A stretch of DNA of 64,000 nucleotides from NCBI GenBank assembly GCA_951406725.2, contig OX597816.1:124930001-124994000 (forward strand), given 5' to 3'. This document shows positions 55,901 to 64,000 of the stretch, in pieces. Origin of the DNA: Octopus vulgaris. Taxonomy: Eukaryota. Position 1 is the first letter of the stretch, and each line of letters opens with the position of its first letter. Under the pieces are notes generated by a model. That model had not been told where the DNA came from. It made no database searches and saw nothing but the letters and a program-made list of their open reading frames with translations. The position numbers and the translations under genes are program-made.

Positions 55901-57454
55901 TCAACATAATGCATATAATATTTTAAAACATATTCGCAACTTCTGATGCTATGTTATTTATATTTTCTGTACTTTTAACATATTACTTTCAAGTAGTGAA
56001 TTTATACCTTCTTAGTTTTATCTTTTTCAGATGGAGCTTTTTTTTATTGCTTGTTCATAACAAGATGCACTGAGTAATGACTTTCTTTAAAAAGACTGAA
56101 AACTTAACATTTATATCTCTAATACACTCGGCATCAAAATAAAGCGATCATATAATACTTGAACCAGGAGATAATTTTCCACCACGTGAGGCCTTTTTAA
56201 CTCTACGTGTATATTTGTGTATTTAATCCCTCATACTGATAACACTCTCTTGCGAATCTATAGAAGATTGTCATGAATATATCGAACAATATGATGGTTT
56301 ATAAATTTCAATAAATGGTGCACAGAGAATTATTTAGTATCCTATCAAATAAACAGTTAAATCTGATTAGACAAGGCTTTGTTACTTATCGAAATAACAG
56401 GACATTGTTGGCTAAAAATGCCTGGACATTAACAGCGAGTTGAAATTGAATTAAAAACTTAATAATACAGGATGAAGGAAGAATAGCAAAAACTGGAACA
56501 ATATCTTTGGATTTCGTCCACGAAGAACATTCTAATCTCACCAAATAAAAAATATTTAAACGAAAGATTTTATACGCAGAATGAAATGGCGTGCTAATCT
56601 TTTTTTACGCAGGTTTGTATCAGAACCATTCTGACTGCAAATATGGACTTAAATCTAGAAAATTTCCTTCAGCGATTAAGGACCTATAATTTTGAAAAAG
56701 ATCATATTTAACTGATAAAAATATATATAAAACAGCGCAGTGAACAGCAGCTGCCAATGGTCTCTCAAAGAAAGCTTAAAGTTTTGCGATGTTACGATAA
56801 AATACTCATCTCAACTGACAAGATTTAAGAATTTGTACATTCTTGACAAGATACTTTGTAAAAGACTCCTGTAAAATTAATTGTTTAGATATCACATTTA
56901 GATCTAATATTCACCAGTTTGATACATTATCGCAAGCCTTATGGAATTATATTTTGTATACAGAGTGACTCCAGTTACCTGCCTTGTATGCTCAAAAGCT
57001 TAGTTCCTAAAACAGGGAAGCCAATTCCTTTTTTGTCATCATATGAAGCGGCTTTTAACACGATTTATTCACCCTGTAAGGCTGCCATTCAAAATTCAGA
57101 TTCTCTAGGAAGATATTTTATGTTGAGAGTGAGACATATCTTCATCAGATATCGTAGAATCAAAACGGGAAAGGTTCTGTGATTCAACCCAACATTTAGA
57201 AGTAATATCAAAGGTAATGTAGCGTGAATATATTTGGTATCTAGGCGTTTCCTCAAGGGTGATAAGTAAGTATTATAGAATGCTTACTGGAAGAACTGTG
57301 ACGACTGGTTATCATTACAGTAAAAACTTTACTTTTTTTACCAGCATAATGTAAGTATACTCAATAAATCTAATGGGAATAATGACCGCACAAAATACAA
57401 TTGTAGAAATCCTAGTACTCGCGCTTCTTAATGGGCAATGCCTGATAAAAAAAA

Positions 57455-57577
57455 TGAAACTGGTACTTATTTTAGCGACCTTGAAAGGCTAAGTCTAAGA
57501 ACTGAGAACATAAAGACGGACGAAATGCTGCTAAATGTTTTGTCGGATGCGCCAACGAGTCTGCCAGCTCCCCGCCA
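57455..57577 (-). mobile_element. SINE family 2 fragment
   Basis: Reverse complement ggcggggagctggcagactcgttggcgcatccgac...ttcgtccgtctttatgttctcagttc. Confidence 0.75.
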
Positions 57578-57751
57578 TAAATCTGAAATATTAAAACTGT
57601 TGTAGGCATTCCTCAAGATGTCATATTTCTATATTATTACGCTATCATGCATAGTTATATCTAATGTGAATTTCACCGATGAGAAATAAATTATTTCACG
57701 TTCTCTCGGAATCTCTAAATTGTTACGACGTAAACTCTCCCTATATAGAGG

Positions 57752-58135
<384 letters not shown>

Positions 58136-59267
58136 TGTATTTGTGTTTATTCATCTTCAAAGCAAAGATATTTTGCATTAGATTAAACGACCATTACTTT
58201 GAATTTATGCTTTCTAGTCAGAATAATTTTTGTAATTCAGAAGCATTGAACCTTCTGTAGAGTATGACATTTTTCAGTAATTTATTAAAACTTTTCATTT
58301 TATGACTCATTATAAATTGCTGTAGTGTATCAATAACATTTTGCTGGCCTTATAAATGCAAGAGAACGTTTGGAACATTTATTCTTTTATTGCTTAGTAT
58401 ATTTCTTCATCAAAAAATAGTAACAATAGATTTTGGAAAACAAGGCCTCGTTTAATAAGAAAATATATTGGCAAGTTAGTTGACCTGCGCCTGCTTTGAA
58501 AATGAAATATTTACACGCTGAATAATCATTTAACCATTTAAGAACACACAAAAACTGTTGTTTACTTTTGTTGCAGTATGGTACATATCTAATACGAAGT
58601 GAACGAAAAGCAAAGGACGGAAAATATTTTAAATGTTCCTATATTTTGTAGTATATATTTTGTTTCTCGCATAAGCATTAGTTGCATAAATGATTCTAAT
58701 TTAAATCTTTCGCCACTTGTGTATTAGCTACAACTAGAACGACTGTATCAGGTTAAGAAAATTTCTTTTTGCAAGGTTAAGAGAGATCATACATAATCGT
58801 AGAATCATCAGAGCTTGCATGCTTTGTGTTTCACAAAGGCATATTTTTGAACGATGCTCTTGGAACAGTTACTGTGGTGGGTTAAACTTTCTTGCGGTAA
58901 TGTGCTCCCGTTGTGTGTTGAAATATGATAGACGAATTAGTTTGGTAACTTGGGGTAATGGGCTCTGGCTCTGCGTTGAATATGATAAGGTAAATATTTC
59001 TGCCCAGTGGTTAGCTTTTCAGGTGGAATAAAATGTAAAGACTATTTATTACTATGAACAGTTGACAGAAACATATATATATACCTGAAACATTAGCTGA
59101 TAAAAAGCGCCATAGCATTCGAGTTTTGAGCTGTAGGTGTGTATCTCATCTACTTTACTCCAGTCGTTAACAACCAGGTGAAACGAGGATACCTAAAGTG
59201 CTTCACTGCAAATATAAACATCGTGGTCTTCTGAAAGTGATTCAACAATGGTGAGTTTTATATTACT

Positions 59268-59629
59268 TACATTGTTTACATTATTTACATATGATGGATT
59301 GGATATTTGTCCCCATCTTGTTTGTTGTTAACACGTTTCGGCTGATATACCCTCCAGCCTTCATCAGGTGTCTTGGGAAATTTCGAACCATGGTTCTCAT
59401 TCCTGAGGTATTTTTCGATGTTGTTGTTATTGTTGTTGTTGTTCTTCTTCTTCTTATCATCATTATCATCATCATCATTATTATTATAATTATTATTATT
59501 ATTATTATTATTATCATTATTATTAGTATTATGATTATTATTATTATTATTATTATTCAGGTCACTGCCTGGAATCGAACTCAGAATCTTGGAGTTAGTA
59601 GCTCGCGCTCTTAACCACTACGCCATATG
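59268..59629 (-). mobile_element. tRNA-head SINE-like element with internal (AAT)n and a hammerhead-bearing tail
   Basis: Minus strand head tatggcgtagtggttaagagcgcgagctactaactccaagattctgagttcgattccaggcagtgacctg (A box TGGCGTAGTGG, B box GTTCGATTCC), triplet tract, then gacac-CTGATGA-a-ggctg-gagggtatat-cagcc-GAAAC-gtgtt, ending in tgtaaa(t/c)aa repeats. Confidence 0.8.
59328..59372 (-). ncRNA. hammerhead ribozyme-like motif (probably defective in this copy)
   Basis: Core CUGAUGA and GAAA with 5-bp helix II GGCUG/CAGCC; GACAC/GUGUU can form helix I, but no room is left for helix III and the UH site. Confidence 0.55.
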
Positions 59630-60422
59630 ACCTGAATAATAATGATAATAATAATAATAATAATAATAATATTTTGCTCTATTTATTTACAATTACTTTA
59701 AATATCTACACAATAGTCTTATGTTTTAGTTTACAATTATATTAAGATTCTGGTTGCAGACAAACAATTATAACCCCGTATCTAGTACTCTTTATATTAG
59801 TTATATTATTTTATGACTAGATATATTTATTATTGCTTATTATAGCCATATCTTTGAATTTTGCAATATCTCTTACATTTTCCGGTGTTTTAAAGACTGG
59901 ATGATTTTTCTTTAAGATAATTTTCGGATGTGCTTATAGTACACAATCCATTCTCCAGTTGCAAACATTCTAACAATTATGTAGCATATACTTCATTATT
60001 CTGATTATACCTCATAAATTCACTGACACCAGCTTACCTCAGCTTTTTAAAATAATTATTACAAAATATAGCATATATTGTTGGGAACCGAATCGTAACG
60101 ACAGGAAAAGGAAATTATCCTAAATATGATAGTACAGCATCCTGCATCTACACTGATGTTGTGCATGCAATTATAGACTTTAATAAGCATAATTTTATCC
60201 AATTAATCGTTACATGCTGCTGTTTTACTGTTTCACATTGAGTTTGTTCTCCATTCTGAAACATTTCACGTCAATAACGCTGACAATACTCTAGACAAAA
60301 GTGGTCATGTTCTATATTATTTCGCAATTATCAGAAAATTAGAGGTATTTTCCTTCAGTCACATAATACCAAACTTACCTTGTCAAATAGGATCTTCACT
60401 TTTCAGGTTACAATATTTATGT

Positions 60423-60497
60423 TTTTATAAGACTTGATCAATAGTCTTAAAAATATTTTTTTATAAGACTTGATCAATAGTCCTTAAAAATATTTTT
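60423..60497. repeat. ~36-bp tandem duplication of a self-complementary unit
   Basis: ttataagacttgatcaatagtc(c)ttaaaaatattttt twice. Confidence 0.85.
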
Positions 60498-61124
60498 AAT
60501 ATAGTGTAATCCAAATATTTCTGTACATAGTATAATAAACATATTTCAGAGTAACTATTACTAATGTCTTTCCTTTTTTCTTTGAAATCAGTAAACGCAG
60601 TAAACATATTTATTATTTTCCTCTATTTATATGCCAATAGACAGTTTCTTCATTTGACGTTACATGCGAAGAAATAAGACCTTTCCTGTTATGCATCATA
60701 AAATCTTGATGAAAAGTCAGCTAGATAATCACGAACTTATAATACCATCAATCAGAGTTATATACATAAAATCAAACATGACAAAATGTAGCGGATGAAC
60801 TTTAAAGAAGTGGCTTTGGATAAAATGCTCCATTATACACAATGATTCATAAATCTCTGTCACTTCTTTTCCTAGTTATATGTGGCGGGGCTTCAACATT
60901 TAATTATGCTTAGTCGGCCATGTTGTTGTGCGTAAGTGAGTTGATATACAACCCAAACGCGTTACATAGAATATCAATTATTTTCTATCAATCGATTGCG
61001 TAAATCAAACCACATATTTTTGCAGCATGTTTCATGTTAAGACTAATGTTGATGTCTACACTTTTGTGTATATTTATTGTCATGTAATATAGCTTCCCCA
61101 TGAAGGATATTTATATGAGTGTAC

Positions 61125-61202
<78 letters not shown>

Positions 61203-63965
61203 GTTGATAACGTTGCATATATTAGTAGCATATGTGACGCTACTTAATAGTAGAAGCTATCTTGCATATGCACCAGACAGTCTACTACAGATTATACATT
61301 AGCGGGCAGAATGAACAAGTGCTATTGTATTTGCATCATATTTGAATACTCTACTAAGTCTCCAACCTCTTGAAACTTTACTTATAGAACCCTTAACTTC
61401 TAGAACTTGAAATACATTATATGGTTTTCAAAAAATAATATAATATAACCAATATATTTATAGTTGGGGTGAGATATCGTAATATAAGTTTATGAGTATC
61501 ATTCCCACTACACAGAGTATTACATCTTCGGGATTATTTGTTCCTTACTTGTTCCAAAATCTTTTTTGCGTTCGCTACATATCAGGCAAACATTCCTTCT
61601 TATCTCATCGGCATAAGCTGGAATATGTGAAACGTTCCCTTCAAATGCAAAATTTCTTTTGGCAAGGAAAATATTTAATATATTTAGTTTCGGTTGTTTA
61701 AAACATTCTAAATAATCTCAAGCATTTCATATAGATGCATAATATCTATAGGCTTGATGTACTGCATTTTGTAATATTTCCGTTATTATTGGCGAAATAA
61801 TTGGAGTTAGGTTGTATCATGTCCGGTGATGAGTGAACGTTCATAGCCATAGGATGTAAAAGTAGTTAGCCTAATGTTTCTGACTTCCGTCTCGCTGAAT
61901 ACTGAGTGTTTTTTTAATATACTGCAGTTGACCGAAGATTCTAAGTGAAATCTGATTCATGGAAACTGTGAAGAAGCCGCTAAAGGAACAGAGTTTAACT
62001 ACTATTGCAATTGAAGTTGCAGGGAAGCAGTCACAAGCAACATGTGGAAATTCCGAAGAGAATGCATCGCAAATGTTTCACAATGCACGCAGAAGTCAAG
62101 TATTGCTTAATGATAACTAAGAATAAGTTGGGAATGTATGTGCTGTAAACATTTATTATGATTTTATTAACTTTGTGATTTTCTCCAGCTATACAAATCC
62201 GGCGTAAATACAAGGAATCTTAGATGCTTCTGGGAATCAATGTCACTCTTTATTCCATGGTGTCAACTAGCTATTCAAAGGGATTCTGCTTTCATATAAA
62301 GCTTCTTCTTTGCTCAGTAGTTCTGAAATTGATTTAAATCTCGGCATTCTTATATACTTATGCATTAGTTCGGAATGATGCGACAGTTCATCACAGGAGC
62401 TTTGTCTCGTTATTTTGACACTGATAATGACGGCATTAGATGAATCACTTCAAAGTCGTTTTCAAAAGTATAAATACATTATAATCCAATTTTGTTCCTA
62501 ATGTTATGTAGGTTGATTTTTGTTACTAGTTTAAACATTTGATTTTAAGATATTTTAGTTAAAATACTTATTGATACTTTTAATCTTTTATGCTGGCTTG
62601 TTGATAAATCTATGATTTTACAATAAATAAAACCTCTTAATCCTTGATCAAAAGATTTTATTCTTGGTCGGTTGCAAATCATAACTTGAATAGCTTTTTA
62701 TAAAGATAACCTTATATGACGTAAGTAGAAATATGAGTTATCTATTTTTCTCATTGTAGCTTTAAGTATTTTCTACTTGAATAAATATCTGGTCTCTGAC
62801 TTCATTTGTGCGAGAGACAAAAGGTGAAGCCTATTAAACTAAATTTAAATTACATTTCTCTTTTCGTTTTTTAGTTAAGACAGGGTATATGACATTGTGC
62901 TTAGATATATTAATAAAATTAATGCATATGAACTATAACTATAATCAAATTTTCTTATTATTCTGCTGAGTTTCTTGTCAAAATTATTCTTCATATTCTA
63001 ATCTAATATCGCATAATTCATGCAACCTAATATTTCAATTTTTATAACTACAGCAAAATATGTCTTTCATAATTCACAGTTAATTTTTATCAACGACTAC
63101 TACTTATAATCATCGACTCGTTTTTATTGGTGCAACATTAAACAATTAAAGTAACTATCGAATTCTTAGCTTCGTTGCTTCTGAGGCTATTACAAAAATT
63201 TGGTGATATAGAGACACGAAAGAGGACAAACCATCATCACTTCACTTCTTTAATCTAATTGATCTGCTGTTCCAATTATAGAACAACAGATAATAACATT
63301 CAATATCATAGCTAGAAAGAAAAGGAAAACAGGAATTTTTACTTGAATATAATCAGCATCTGAAATTGTCATCTATAATTTACTTTATTAGAAATAACTA
63401 ATGACGAGATAAATTGATGAATCTATCAGCTGATAAATAATTCAGAAGCCCAAACAACATTGGTTAATAATGGTTATTTGCTGATTTGCATATCAGTTCT
63501 CCTAATTGCAACGATACTGTCACTTCTGGGTTTTGTTTCAGACGTAGTTATTTATAGGAATCGATAGAAATTGGATAAATACTGATTGTCTTTGTCATAG
63601 TCTGTTCAATAATATCAGCTTGTTTTATCTATTAAATCTCCTTCTCTTCAGCTATATATCAAATCTATTCTATATTTCTTTTTCTATTAAACTTTCACCA
63701 TTTCCACACACTACTAATCACCATGTTCCGTTGTATATATATGCATATATGTGTGTGTGTGTGTATGCATATCCAAAGGTAGAGCTAGAGTTATAGAAAG
63801 ATAGAAGAGAAATAGATATAGCGATGTTCCAAGCATCTTCAGAAATATAGTGTATGGCAATGCTACATAAAGTTTAGAGGGAAAAAAATTGATGTGCATG
63901 TTCTCTAAAAAAACATAAACAGTTATTGTAATTATTGCATGTATATTAGAATTTTAAAATAGTAT

Positions 63966-64000
63966 AGGTGCAGGCATAGCTGTTTAATTATGAAGCTTGC
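63966..64000 (+). mobile_element. start of a SINE family 1 head at the window edge
   Basis: aggtgcaggcatagctgttt...gaagcttgc resembles the head ggcgcaggagtggctgtgtggtaagtagcttgc. Confidence 0.45.

Noticed and set aside
54900-55950. T-rich hydrophobic ORFs as a decayed GPCR or membrane-protein gene
   Set aside because: Hydrophobicity explained by AT-richness; no conserved motifs or long frame

Overview
AT-rich animal genomic DNA with no convincing host protein-coding exon. The SINE families and microsatellite style suggest an octopus or other coleoid cephalopod; this is inferred from recalled repeat sequences, not a database search. The window is almost entirely a repeat landscape. (1) About ten fragments of restriction-like-endonuclease (R4/Dong-type) non-LTR retrotransposons from at least four 3'-UTR families, mostly inserted in one orientation in (AAT)n tracts. 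These include a head-to-tail array at 39.9-44.4 kb whose last copy keeps an uninterrupted 540-codon RT-CCHC-PD..D frame. (2) Two tRNA-derived SINE families. (3) Three Tc1/mariner elements with TIRs, a hAT pseudogene, a Helitron Rep remnant, a Tx1/L1-like remnant and Penelope-like (PLE) remnants. (4) Dense di-, tri- and tetranucleotide microsatellites, which produce most of the ORF track. The most interesting signals are non-coding: a Pol III tRNA-head + (AAT)n + hammerhead-ribozyme-tail element with an inverted junction copy (59.27-59.67 kb); several other minimal hammerhead motifs in microsatellite-embedded repeats; and two long foldback elements with diverged arms (about 6 kb and 20.2 kb). 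All alignments and folds were done by eye, so boundaries are approximate.
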